A stretch of 64,000 nucleotides of DNA from Octopus sinensis (taxonomy: Eukaryota): assembly GCF_006345805.1 (NCBI RefSeq), contig NC_043001.1:33480001-33544000 (forward strand), written 5' to 3'. Shown in pieces: positions 1 to 11,991 of this stretch. The translations under genes were made by a program, and so were the position numbers. A model generated the notes under the pieces. The model made no database searches. It was given only the letters and a program-made list of their open reading frames with translations, and had not been told where the DNA came from. Every line of letters starts with the position of its first letter. Position 1 is the stretch's first letter.

Positions 1-400
1 GGTCACTCAGTTCTCGGAACTTCTTCCATACACATCTCACTCTTGCCGCCCTCACTGGAACCACTATCTTTACATTCAACATACCTCATAAATAACAAAA
101 GGTTTTCACAGCTTACATCTTCTCTTCACACCATCTCAACAGTCCCTCCATTTCCAGCTCCCTCCATACACACCTTACACTTCGATGAAACAGCCAGATT
201 CAAAACTTTCTTATACCCATAACAGTTTTGATAAACATCTATCAAGCACATCTTATAACGCTTATTGAAATTTATTCCAACACCCTTCCTACACGCAGCC
301 ACTTTCCTTTTCTTTCTAGTTCACCTCATGTATTAGAACTTGTCATTACCTCCATCATTCTGATATTTACCTTCACACTTTTTGCCTCCATACATTTCTT
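1..400 (-). mobile_element. RTE-clade LINE remnant (RT region)
   Basis: Reverse strand of 7-57 reads AARVRCVWKKFRELS, matching the RTE motif ARVRxAWxKFREL; surrounding frames are disrupted. Confidence 0.75.
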
Positions 401-403
401 CCA

Positions 404-615
404 TTAACCCTTTCATTACTGTATTTATTTTGAGATGCTCTGTGCTTCTTTCAATTACTTTAAATATAACAAAGAATTTAGTAAATTAACTTAGTTATCA
501 TTAAGCTGGTGTTAGGAACATAAATTGTGACTAAGGTTTGGTGGAAGATTTTAGCTCAAAACTTTTGAAAACAAGACAGGAACGGTTTCAGCCGGGTTGG
601 TAGTGAAAGGGCTAA
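404..615 (+). mobile_element. piggyBac-type MITE, family A
   Basis: TTAACCCTTTC...GAAAGGGCTAA ends; body matches the copies at 13638-13866 and 47563-47790. Confidence 0.8.
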
Positions 616-1309
616 GCTATCTTGTTCAATCCATCCATACTTTCTGCTATTAACAGCAGATCAACTACATACAGCAACTGCCATAGTTAACCCTCTTTTT
701 GCTTCAAGCCAGCATGTCATCACAACCACAAATAATAGCAGGCTTAACAATGAACCCTGATGCCCTCCAATTATCACTTCAAAACTAATTTCCTGTTCCT
801 CATCCTAATGATTATGTGCCCTCTCTTTTACATCAACATCAGTATTCTAACAAACCATTCATCCACACTCCTGACCCTCAATGCCCTGGTCACCTCTTCA
901 CAGAGAACCCTACTGAAAGCTTTCTCCAGATACAACAAACCCAAGAAACAACTTCATTATGTCCCCCTGCTTTTCCTAACCTTACAACAAAAATTAGGTT
1001 AGATGTTCCTCTTCCTCACAAGAAACCAAACTCAATTTCACTGATCTTCGCTATCTTTCTAAAGGGCGAGAGTAGCTACTAACTTGGTCACCTAAATAAC
1101 GGAAGCTATCTACTACCTCTATCTTGCCGCCAAAAACAACCCAGGGTTATATATATGTATATATGATCAATCTAAAATATCTAGCTTGAATAGGAGAAAC
1201 ACATGTATATCAAATGTATCATATCTTAATACAGAGGAGATTCCTAGCTCAACACCTAATGTTGATAATAGATGGAATGTGAACTTTTCAGACAAAAACA
1301 ACTCTCAAT

Positions 1310-1700
1310 AATAGGCTTAACTGGTTATGTAATTGTAAAAAATCATCTAAAATGCCCATTAGATAACCAATGCTTAAGAAAAACCAGGAGAATGTACTTA
1401 CTATTATATAGGTGATTGCACAACTGATTTTAAGTCAAGATTATATAATCACATTTGTTTAAACATAGAAAAAAAAAACTTCACTTCTTTAAGTAAATTT
1501 GTCTGGAGCTTCAAGGAGAGGAAAGTTAAGTACAATATTAAATGGTCTATAATAAACAGTGCCCTATTATATAATGGATGGAAAAATATAGCTTATACCT
1601 CAAGGAGACACTGCATATCATTACATCCAAATCTAACATTAAATAAATGAAACTTATTTAGAAAAACCTTCAAAATCTTCCGAAATAAATGTAGTTCTAT
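1310..1700 (+). mobile_element. Penelope-like element GIY-YIG endonuclease remnant
   Basis: With frameshifts reads CNCKKSSKCPLDNQCL...YYIGDCTTDFKSRLYNH...SKFVWSFK...YNIKWSII, typical of the PLE C-terminus. Confidence 0.7.
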
Positions 1701-1825
1701 TTAGTGCACCTAATATAATAGTCTGGTATATTAGGATTTTTTAGTTAGTACACTAATATTTATTTCATCTAATTATTTTTGTTATTTTATTTTCTAATTA
1801 TCATTATTATTGTTCTTGTCGTTAT

Positions 1826-1940
1826 TATTTAAATTATTTTTAATTTTGTAATTAGCTTGTTTAATCATTTTTAATTCTGTAATTACATTGTTTAATTATC
1901 TTTAATTCTGTAATTAGATTGTTTAATTATTTTTTTAATT
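1826..1940. repeat. AT-rich minisatellite, about 4 x 31 bp
   Basis: Repeated ttgtttaattatYtttaattctgtaattaga-like unit. Confidence 0.75.
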
Positions 1941-1970
1941 TGATTTTTTATCGTAGTTTATCTATCTAAA

Positions 1971-2160
1971 TCATCATGATCATCATCATTTAACATCAGT
2001 TTTCCATGGTTTTGGTAAGATGGTTTAACAGGAACTGACAAGTCAGAAGACTGCACCCAGCTCTGCTATCTATTTTGGCATGGTTTCTATGGCTGGATAC
2101 CCTTCGTATGCCAACCACTTCATAGAGTCCACTGGGTGCTTTTTATGTGGCACCAGCAGC
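1971..2160 (-). mobile_element. SINE family R (RTE-type (GAT)n tail), fragment
   Basis: catcatcatttaacatc...ggctggataccctt...gggtgcttttatgtggcacc matches other R copies. Confidence 0.65.
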
Positions 2161-2754
2161 AGTGACGTCACCACATAACTTGCAGAACAAGGCCTCTCTC
2201 AACTGGGAAGAGTAGTATTGGGGGAAAGAAAAAATGTCTTGCATTAAATGAGAAACATAGCTACCTCAGATAAAGAGAGAGGAGAGAAACATGGTAAAGA
2301 TGTGACAGGGGCCATACATCCATGTTACAAGGAGATACATACAGTGAAGTGGATTGGGAATTAGAGAGGGTAAGTGGGTGGATTACTTCACAAAATTTCA
2401 AGAGGTGTGGGATGTAACGAATAGGAACTGGTAGACAGAGGTATATTATGGAGATATGTTGCGGGAGAAGGGATTTAAGCAGGGACATATTGTATGCAGG
2501 GAGTACGCGAGGGAGAATGGAGAGGAGGGGAAAAAATGGTGGGTTGGCTGTGAGGAGAGTGAGAGGAGAGAGACCCCAATTTCACTTAACTGGGTGGGTC
2601 TTTGTGAGCTTTCAGGGGCTCGTAAGCCATTTCATTTAATTCATTGTTAAAATTTCATTTCATATCATCCTTTCTGCATTTTTATTATATGTACCCAATG
2701 TCCTGTATTGTATTGTTGTCTCCTCTTCATTCAGGCCATTGTGCCTATAATAAA

Positions 2755-3140
2755 GATTCCAACAGGGTGGGTCTTCCCAATCACAGCAAATTGCCAATTG
2801 TTTCAGTCCTTTGTCATCTCTTCTGTGAGGCTCAAAATCTGAAGATCATTTCTCACCACTTTGTCCCATATCGTTCTGGGTCTTCTTCCATAGGTTCACT
2901 TCACATTTAGAGATCAGCAATTGCTTATGCCAGTTCCCATCCATACACATCACATTACCATACCAGCAGAGTCTTCTCTCTTGCACACAAAAACTAATGC
3001 TTCTTATACCCAATTTTTCTATCAAATATATCAAACAGGCTGCCAGCCGACGACTATTCACAGGCACGATCCCACTGCTGCTCAACACAGGGTCTTTTGC
3101 CTGCTGCGTTTCCGCCCTGGACCGAAGCGACCCCCCTTAG
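2755..3140 (-). mobile_element. RTE-clade LINE 3' remnant
   Basis: ORF 2846-3088 contains KLGIRSISFCVQERRLCWYGNVMCMDG, the RTE RRLxWYGHVxRM motif. Confidence 0.75.
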
Positions 3141-3522
3141 ACATGTTTGCTGAAATACCTCCCTACACCTTATACTCATCAAATATTGTTAGCTTTACTA
3201 TTATTTATCACCCTTAAAATGGTATCTATTCAAGTATTTTGGTATAACTTCGATAAAGATAGGATAGTTTAAATTCTTCTATCTCTGTAGAACCTTAGTC
3301 AACCAAATATTGGGTCAATTATTATGCATGATTGCTGCATCACAGTATTTTGGAATTTACCAATCTATCTGAAACATGCATAAGTTGATTAAATAATTCT
3401 TTTTGTTCTTTTACCTGTTTCAATCATATGAACTGTGGCCATGATGGTGCAACGCCTTGAAGTGCTTAGTTGAAGAAAATCAACCTCAGTTTTTATTTTT
3501 TAAAGTCTGGTACTTATTCATA

Positions 3523-3899
3523 GGCGCAGGAGTGGCTGTGTGGTAAGTAACTTGTTTTGTGTGGTAAGTAGCTTGTTTACCAACCACATGGTTCCGGATT
3601 CAGTCCCACTGCATGGCGCCTTGTGAGTGGATTTGGTAGACGGAAACAGAAAGAAGCCCGTCGTATATATGTATATATAAATATGTACGTGTGTGTATAC
3701 GTTTGTGTGTCTGTGTTTGTCCCCCACAACATTGCTTGACAACCGATGCTGGTGTGTTTATGTCCCCGTTACTCGGCAAAAAAGACCGATAGAATAAGTA
3801 TCGGGCTTACAAAAGAATAAGTCCCGGGGTCAAGTTGCTCAATTAAAGGCAGTGCTCCAGCATGGCCGCAGTCAAATGACTGAAACAAGTAAAAGAGTA
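3523..3899 (+). mobile_element. tRNA-derived SINE family P
   Basis: A-box-like tggctgtgtgg, B-box-like ggttccggattcagtcc, and tail ggcagtgctccagcatggccgcagtcaaatgactgaaacaagtaaaag shared with many copies. Confidence 0.85.
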
Positions 3900-4479
3900 T
3901 TCTATAGATCTCTTTCGCCAAATCACCGTTACAGGGATTTAGACAAACCAACATTAGTTTCCAAGCAGAGAGGGAAGGCTAATGACACACATACACATGG
4001 CAGGCTTCCACACAGTTTCCATCAACCAAATTTACACACAAGGCATTGGTTGGCCTGGAGTTATATAGAAGACATTCAACCAAGGTACTGTGCAGTGGAA
4101 TTGAACTCAAGAATCATGTGATTGTAAAATGAGCTTCTTAACCAAACCAAACAGTCATGTGCTTATACACAGCTATGCATCAATGTCTCAGAACCGTGGC
4201 CTACCGTCTACAACTAAAGGCTCATATTAACTAACACCCTGTAAATAAAAGTGGATAGATAAAAGCTGCATGGATGTGAACCAAGGGAGAAGTGTGTTTT
4301 GGGTGATAACTTTTAATTTGTCACATTGTTTAACACCATCACAGCCTAATCTTGCCTTTCTTCTTGTTTCACCCACCAGTTTCGGAAGACTTAGAATATC
4401 ATGGCCACTACACACCAACATGCTTAATGTATCAAATTCTTGGCTGAGACAATACAATAACAATGAACAGAGGTTGGAG

Positions 4480-7400
4480 TAGAAAGATAGAGCGAGCAGA
4501 GATAGTGAGTGGGATACATATAGAGAATTTCGCTCTGTAGTGGTTAGACCCGCTACCAGTGTGTTTATGTGAGTGCTTGCATTTATCAAAAGGTGATCTA
4601 GTCGTAACTATATATATTATATATATATATCGGTAACTTCATTATTAACAATTGGGTAAGATTTGGCTGTTATTTCTGATAGTGTAATCATATATACATT
4701 AAATATATCCGTGTTACATATCACGGTATCGTGGTAATTATTACTAAATGAGTTTTCCCCTCTACGGACAGAAAAAAAAAACCGGATACATTATACATAT
4801 GTATATGTTTATGTGTGTGTGTATGCGCGTGTGTGTATACACACAAACATGCACTACATCATCACAGACGGGTTTCGACCCGTAAGTCATAGCTATTCCC
4901 TTTCCTTAGAAATGCTAACGTCCTTGAGAAAGATGTGGGCATATTAACAAATCGTCCTTAGTGTTTACCTTCTAAAAGTTAACAGCGTTAATTACTTCCT
5001 TGATGAGTATCGTTAACAAAACGATTAGTAGCAATTCACTTTGGGATAAAGTGCGTGGGATAAATACGTTATCCATTATCATTCATGCAGTTGGAAATTC
5101 ATGTGCGATGCCTATTTATCTCGCAAGTCCGAACTGAAAATTAAATGTGGTTTTATAGATATGTTACAGTTGAATCAAAAGAACCAGTTTTCGACAATAC
5201 AAAAAGAGGCAATTCGTTAGGCATAATTATCTTTAATACAAGGATCGCCAAGACATATAATAATGTAAACAGCTTCGGTCTGGAGGATTCCGAGCCGAAA
5301 CACAGATGTTTATATAGGTAGATTTCTACTTAATAATGAGAAAGAGAGAATCTATAAAAAAAGTATATATATAACGTGTTCTGCTAGAGATTTTAAATAT
5401 ATATTTTTTATGAAAAAAACTTTAAACTAAAAGGATTATGGTGAAGTGATCTCATGTGGAAATCAAATTATGTGTATGCGCGTGCGAAGAATGAATTTGA
5501 TCAAAATGCTGTGATACCACGAGCGGAGAGGGATAACAGTTCGTTGTCTGAAATGAGTCATTCAATTAAGTTATTGTCTACAATGAGCCTTCCTAGTCCT
5601 TGTAAAAGGTTGCAGTAGCAGGATTGCTATTAATGAGGACATAGCAACAAACAGCCTAATTTCTTCCCCTCAGCGAATGTAATACTTTAAAGTCTACAGG
5701 CTTGCGGTGGAAATATTAATCCCATATTCGGGAGAAATGTCCCAGTATAAGAACAAGGAGCAATTATTTCCCCCATTTGGACCAACATTACGATATGGTA
5801 CCAGAGCAAATATTATATATTCATAAACCAATTTTTTTTTTTTTTAATCAAAAGAAGAAAAACGAGTCATCATCAAGTTTCGTGTCCCATATTAAATGAA
5901 GTATAAACAAAGTAATATTCATATATTTACAATAATGTTTCTAGAAATATCATGAGGCGAAAAGAACACTCCTTTATACAAGTAACAAAAATAGATTACA
6001 GAATAAAATCCTTTCAATATGTCATAAGTCAATTTTTTTTTTTTATACATATGATCACATATGAACAATATATCGCCTATTATACAGGAGTCCATACACC
6101 CAATCAATACCGTATATAATACAATATATATATATATATACACACGTGTGTGTATGTGTGTAAAATCATTATACAGCTAAGCATAAATATTGCGTTGTAG
6201 AATGTTTTCCTGCAATAAAATTGTTGTTTTCTTTGTTTTGTCATTTTTTTTTGTCTTTAATTCATTTCGTAATCAGTTGGGGGAGGGGGGCGAATCCCGA
6301 TTACCAAAACAGTGGTTTATTAGAGCGGAGTCTTATTGTTCAGCATTTTTTTAGACCATTCATACCAGAAATTCGTTCTCTTCACAAACAATGAATATTT
6401 TAGTTCAGAAATATCAAAAATAAGCATGGTATGAAGATGCTTTATTAACAACAACGAGGTAATAAGATGGATAAAATGAAAATACAGACAAGATTATGAT
6501 CCTTCGGTACCAAGGATTATTCACCATTATTAGACCATGTATTAGCATAAACTCTGTGGAGAAATGTTTGCCCAGTGGCTCTTTATCTGAGACCGTGGGT
6601 GAAAACTGAAACAATTACATACTAGAATTCACAGAATCTATTATTTTGGCTTTTTGTTTATTTCTTAATATAATAGCCAACGAAAGATTGCCTAATAGCC
6701 TATTATGAAGCGTCAAAAAGTTTCGTCGCACTTCTGCGACCTGAATTAATTTTATTCCGGGTCTTTATTATTATTTTTTTTTTAACGTTAAACCTGTTTA
6801 CACGCAAAGCTCTCACAACACACACATTCTTTGTTTTATCCTGTACCGTCCATAATGTTTTTTTGTTAAAGTAAACCCTTTTGCGGTCAATAAAGAAATC
6901 ATTATAGCTTTGCCTTTTCTCCTTTCGGTTTCGATAAAATAAGTACTCAGTTAAGTAGTAGGGGTCGATATAATCGACTAGTCCCCTTCCTGAAAATTTC
7001 AGGTCTTGTGTCTTTAGTAGAATGGGGTATTATTATTATGATTATTATCTCTTAATTTACTTGCTTACATGTCTGAGATGCGGTGGGACTGTCAGTCGTC
7101 GGATGGAAAAAGTGAAACGGAATTCAATACTTTATAAACGAACTAATAAATGCAGCAGATTTTTGTGTTCGTTCTTAAATAACTAAAATGATCCTACAAG
7201 GATGTGTAAAAGAATTCTGATAGAACGATAATTAAATAATTTTTTTAAATGATTTAAAAAAAAAAAAAAAAAAAAGCATCAAGAAAATCCAATCAAAGAA
7301 AAAAATTAAGCCAGCTTGTAACTTACCCCTGAGTTCCCAGTGTTATCTGCTAAACTGACCATGACGGAATGAAAGCGTGGTATAAATAGGGTACAGGGTG

Positions 7401-7550
7401 GCAATCAACAGCTTTGACAAGAACTGTTGAAGCACGTTACACCGTAACTAGGCGGAATACTTACAGTCATATGATTACAGAGAGTAGAGAGCTTCAATAA
7501 GGGGGCAGTAACAGAGTTCTCTCCCCTCGTTGAGCACAACTTTTTTGGAA
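4480..7550. promoter_or_regulatory. CpG-retaining, TE-poor segment; possible promoter/first-exon region
   Basis: By eye, more CpG and fewer SINEs than the flanks (not counted). TATAAATA at 7381-7388; GTAAGT-type donor motifs at 7321-7326 and 7459-7464 on the minus strand. Confidence 0.3.
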
Positions 7551-7565
7551 CATCATAGCAAGTCA

Positions 7566-7958
7566 TTCAGTAGTATCGCCCGGTGTTGCTCGGGTTTTGT
7601 TTAAACCCTTTAGAATTGGAATTTTTGAAGAGTAAATATTTTGCATTATGTAGCTTGCTATTCTCTTTAAGTAAACATTTTCCTGGTTGAAAATACACCA
7701 TAAAATTGCGACACAGCAGTAAAAAAATCGTAAAAAATAGAGATTTTTCATAGAAAAAAAGCACCTTTTTGATGTAAATAATTTTTGGTGTCAACATGAT
7801 CCGATTTGAATTTTTTTCTTCTATGGAATGAAGAGCAAGCCTTCTTCTATCATACTCTCAATTTTGGTCAGCTTGCACCCAGGGTCTCGGTGAAGATAGT
7901 GTTAGTTGAAGGCTGCCAAACCTGCCATACACAGCCAACTTCAGCTTTATACACAGAG
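7566..7958 (+). mobile_element. Helitron/Helentron-like non-autonomous element
   Basis: 5' gtagtatcgcccggtgttgctcggg hairpin and 3' caacttcagctttata end; homologous to 17893-18320. Confidence 0.7.
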
Positions 7959-8876
7959 AGATTTTATTGTCGTAATTTTAGGTATATACTGTACTCGCAC
8001 GTTTCTCAGCCTCTTGAAAGTGAAAGTATTTACCATATCAGATGTAGATTCCTTAAAGCTGCTGACTGTCACACGTTCGATAATACATGAAATCCAATAT
8101 TTGCACAAGCTGGTAGTTTTCCCTTGGGAAATGTACCTGTTCCCAATGGCAGTCCCTTGCGACAAACTTTTTTGGTGTGTTTCCATAAGTATCTAAACGA
8201 TGCAGGTCTTGCTTTCACAGATTTTTCACATTCAATACTCCTGTCTCACTACAATGCATTTACAAATACTTTATACGTGAATATTGAGAAAATGCTTGCT
8301 GTGTCATAAGAGATAACGGTTCCCTGAATATTTCTGTCCCTCCCCCTTTTAATTACAGGCATCTCCAAACCTAATTAAATCACCTACGAAAGGGAAGCTG
8401 TCATCTACGTTATGACAGATCAAGGATTTTATTTCAAGAGCACCAACCACATCTGAATTCCTTATTTTAAAGGCTACCTGTTTCTTATCACAGCACACCA
8501 ACACACTTCGCTTTTCATTTCTGTTAATGCTGACTCATTTGTAAATTATCCTTTCTAGTATATCAGAATGTAAGTGTATTCAAAAAGGATTACTAATGCA
8601 CTCTTATGTTCTTTTTACTACTCGTCATTTTCCAAACTGCTGAGTAAACATAGTAAGTAGTCACGTAAACATGTATCATTCAATTTATCAAAGTTAAATT
8701 TTACTTTTACATAATATTGAACATGATTGTATCAGACATACACATACGTACTTGTAATAATTCAGTGAAAACGAACGTAATTTATACAATAAGCACTAAT
8801 ATGATGGAGAGAAAAGAAAAGTAATAAATCATTAAAACAAAGGAATGCATTCTCCCTCAGTATTACATCGCACGGT

Positions 8877-9110
8877 GGAGGTGCGTGGGTTAGTGGTTAG
8901 GGTGTCATGATCGTAAGATTGTGGTTTCGATTCCTGAACCGGGTGACGCGTTGTGTTCTTGAGCAAAACACGCTCCAGTCCACTTAGCTGGCAAAAATGA
9001 GTAACGCTGCAATGGACTGGCGTCCCCATCCAGCTGGGGAACACATACGCCATTGAAACCGGGAAACCGGGCCCATGAGCCTGGCTAGGCTTTAAGAGGG
9101 AGCATTTATT
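8877..9110 (+). mobile_element. tRNA-derived SINE (S'-related tail)
   Basis: gggttagtggttaggg...ggtttcgattcc head; tail gggcccatgagcctggctagg. Confidence 0.75.
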
Positions 9111-9412
9111 ATTATTTATTGCATCGCACCAGGGGGAAATTGGTGTTCCTCTCAAAAAAAATTTCGGACACTCACAAAACAGGACAATATCACAACTGAT
9201 TGCAAGACTGAGATATTGAGTTCCAGCTGGGGAACACATACGCCATTGAAACTGGGAAACCAGGCCCATGAGTCTGGCTAGGCTTTAAAAGGGCACATTT
9301 ATAATTATTTATTACATCGCACCAGGGGAAATTGGAGTTCCTCTCAAAAACAATTTCGGACACTCACAAAACAGGACAATATCGTAACTGATTCCAAGAC
9401 TGAGATATTGAG
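9029..9412. repeat. Tandem duplication, 2 x ~193 bp
   Basis: tccagctggggaacacatacgcc...agactgagatattgag starts at 9029 and again at 9222. Confidence 0.9.
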
Positions 9413-9419
9413 ACAGCAG

Positions 9420-9740
9420 GCACGTTCCTGAGCATCATCTGTAACGTCAGTTAGGTAAAATGTTGACTAAGTCAGAAACCTGCTTGTGAGGAGTCCAGCG
9501 CCTGCCAACTTCTCAGAAGCTACAGATTGAAAAACATAGTTTACTGACAAACTCTGGTATTTCAGTATCTTATTCCAATCTGCTATGGATGCAGTAACCT
9601 CCACCACAACATTAAGGATGTATGATGGAGCAAATTAGTTGCTGATAGTGACATTTCAAGCAAATTTATCAGGCCTCTTCCCATCATCCCCAAACAACAA
9701 TCCTATTGGCTCCAGAATTAAGGGATATTTAGCCTGGTTA
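9420..9740 (-). mobile_element. CRE-like LINE restriction-like endonuclease remnant
   Basis: Reverse strand reads LEPIGLLFGDDGKRPD...NKILKYQSL, similar to the CRE EPxGL-DGKRPD motif. Confidence 0.6.
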
Positions 9741-9748
9741 GTACTTGT

Positions 9749-9954
9749 TCAACCCTTTAGCATTTAAACTGACCATATCTGACCAAAATATTCTACCTGT
9801 TTTATATTCAAACAGGCCAGACCTGGCCTCTTACACTTAGCCTACAATGTCATTCTAAAGATAAACAATCATATCATCAAAATCTCAAAGCTTCAAGATT
9901 AATTCAAACTAACGTGAATAAATATGCAGAGTAATTTGAATGGTAAAAGGTTAA
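9749..9954 (+). mobile_element. piggyBac-type MITE, family B
   Basis: aaccctttagcatttaaa...ggtaaaaggttaa termini; related to the outer element at 13436-13881. Confidence 0.7.
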
Positions 9955-10017
9955 TGAATAAGTTTATCTTATTGTAGCAGCCAGATAAAATAATATAGTT
10001 TATTCGACATAATATTC

Positions 10018-10378
10018 TCTTACTCTTTTACTTGTTTCAGTCATTTGACTTTGGCCATGCTGGAGCACCGCCTTTAGTCAAGCAAATCGACCCCAGGACT
10101 TATTCTTTGTAAGCCTAGTACTTATTCTATCGGTATCTTTTTCCAAACTGCTAAGTTGTCAAACGATGTTAGGGGGACAAACACAGACACACAAACATAT
10201 ACATATTTATACATATATGACGAGTTTCTTTCAGTTTCCATCTACTAAATCCACTCACAAGGCTTTGGTCGGCCCGAGGCTATAGTAGAAAACACTTGCC
10301 CAAGGTGCCACGCAGTGAGACTGAACCTGGACCCATGTGGTTGGTAAGCAAGCTACTTACCACACAGCCACTCCTACA
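10018..10378 (-). mobile_element. SINE family P
   Basis: Reverse complement of the 3523-3899 family along its length. Confidence 0.9.
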
Positions 10379-10723
10379 CCTATATTGATAAAGTTAAAAT
10401 AACTTATCAGAATGTAATTGCATAAAACTATGTAAATGGATTAATTTTTTTTTTTTTCCCTACTGAAAAACTCTGTAAGGGCACAGAAAGAGATTATTTC
10501 ATATGATTACATACAACATTTGTACATGAAGAAGCACAAGCTGTTTTTCCTGTGTTGAATGTATTTGTATATATGCAGCAGATGTCCTTTGGATACTTTC
10601 AAGTTACAATGCTACTTAGGCTCCTGGAAAAATATATCTCTCTATATGTTCTTAGCTCTTGCAGTCGCATTTAGACTAAGCTTCACTGATAAAGTCTAAT
10701 AATACCAAAACATATCTGGTTTT

Positions 10724-11069
10724 ACATTATTTACAATTGACAGATATTTGTCGTCATCTTGTTTGTTGTTAACACAATGTTTCGGCTGATATACCCTCCA
10801 GCCTTCAACAGGTGTCTTGGGGAAATTTAAAACCTGGGTTTCTTATTCCTAAGGTATTTTTCGATGATGTTATTATTATTATTCAGGTCTCTGCCTGGAA
10901 TCAAATTCAGAATCTTGGGGTTAGTAGCCCACACTCTTAACCACTATGCCATATGCCCGTGGGCTGGAGGGTATATCAGCCGAAATGTATTAACAACAAA
11001 CAAGATGAGGACAAATATCCGTCAATTGTAAATAATGTACATAATTCCTCATCTCTTAAATATAGAACA
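10724..11069 (-). mobile_element. TSD-flanked tRNA-headed element with HHR-like 3' part and inverted terminal arm
   Basis: 12-bp TSD atatctggtttt at 10712-10723 and 11070-11081; tRNA-like head at ~10890-10958; inverted arms at 10723-10803 and 10962-11039. Confidence 0.75.
10771..10816 (-). ncRNA. Minimal type I hammerhead-like motif (degenerate)
   Basis: GACAC-CTGTTGA-A-GGCTG(gagggtatat)CAGCC-GAAAC-ATT-GTGTT. Stems I and II are intact; core A6 and one stem III base deviate from consensus. Confidence 0.6.
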
Positions 11070-11154
11070 ATATCTGGTTTTGTCATGTAATTACAACACA
11101 TCAGTCAAAAATTGTGTGCACAGCTCCCTACCATAACAATTCCAATTGTTGTTG

Positions 11155-11605
11155 TGATACCTGTGCCGGTGGCATGTAAAATGCACCATCCACACGTGGC
11201 TGATGCCAGCGCCGCCTTGACTGGCTTCCGTGCCGGTAACACGTAAAAAGCACCAACCGATCGTGGCCGTTTCCAACCTCCTCTGGCACCTGTGCCGGTG
11301 GCACGTAAAAAGCACCATCCATACGTGGTCAATGCCAGTGCCGCCTTTACTAGCTTCCGTGCTGGTGGCACGTAAAAAGCACCAACCGATCATAGTTTTT
11401 GCCAGCCTCCCATGGCACCTGTGCTGGTGGCAGGTAAAAAGCACCCACTACACTTACGGAGTGGTTGGCGTTAGGAAGGGCATCCAGCTGTAGAAACACT
11501 GCCAGATCAGACTGGAACCTGGAACAGCCTCCTGGCTTCCCAGAGCCTGGTCGAACCGTCCAACCCATGCTAGCATGGAAAACGGACGTTAAACGATGAT
11601 GATGT
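11155..11605 (+). mobile_element. SINE family R with 5 internal ~65-bp subrepeats
   Basis: ggcacgtaaaaagcacc-like motif occurs five times; tail caacccatgctagcatggaaaacggacgttaaacgatgatgat. Confidence 0.85.
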
Positions 11606-11950
11606 ACGGGTTAGTCTACATTGGCCAATTTCCCAGTTCCTCTGGTGTATGTATTCCTCTTTGGACAGTATCCTGTTGCAGGATTCCTCATTTTTACCAG
11701 TTGAGTGGGCTGGAACAACGTGAAATGAAGTGTTTTGCTCAAGAACACAACACATCGCCTGGGCCAGGGATCAAAGCCACAATCTTATAATCGTGAGTCC
11801 AACACTCTATCCACAACCCATACACCTCCACCTAACCTATAATGAACAAAAATACAGAATCACCAGGAACTGAAGATGTATTTTGAATTTGGCTTCTTTA
11901 CAGATCACCTAAGAATTCAAATGATTTTTGTCCATTTTCTTTCTTTCCCA

Positions 11951-11991
<41 letters not shown>

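Noticed and set aside
3860-3899. SINE P tail stem-GAAAC-GTA as a hammerhead
   Set aside because: No CUGANGA strand upstream; better explained as a LINE-type 3' recognition stem-loop.
5270-5312. Possible hammerhead (ctggagga...ccgaaac)
   Set aside because: The core has an extra base and no coherent stems I and II can be drawn; at most a decayed PLE terminus.
8088-8090. In-frame TGA as selenocysteine
   Set aside because: Context matches no selenoprotein motif I know, no SECIS was recognised, and other frames are equally open.
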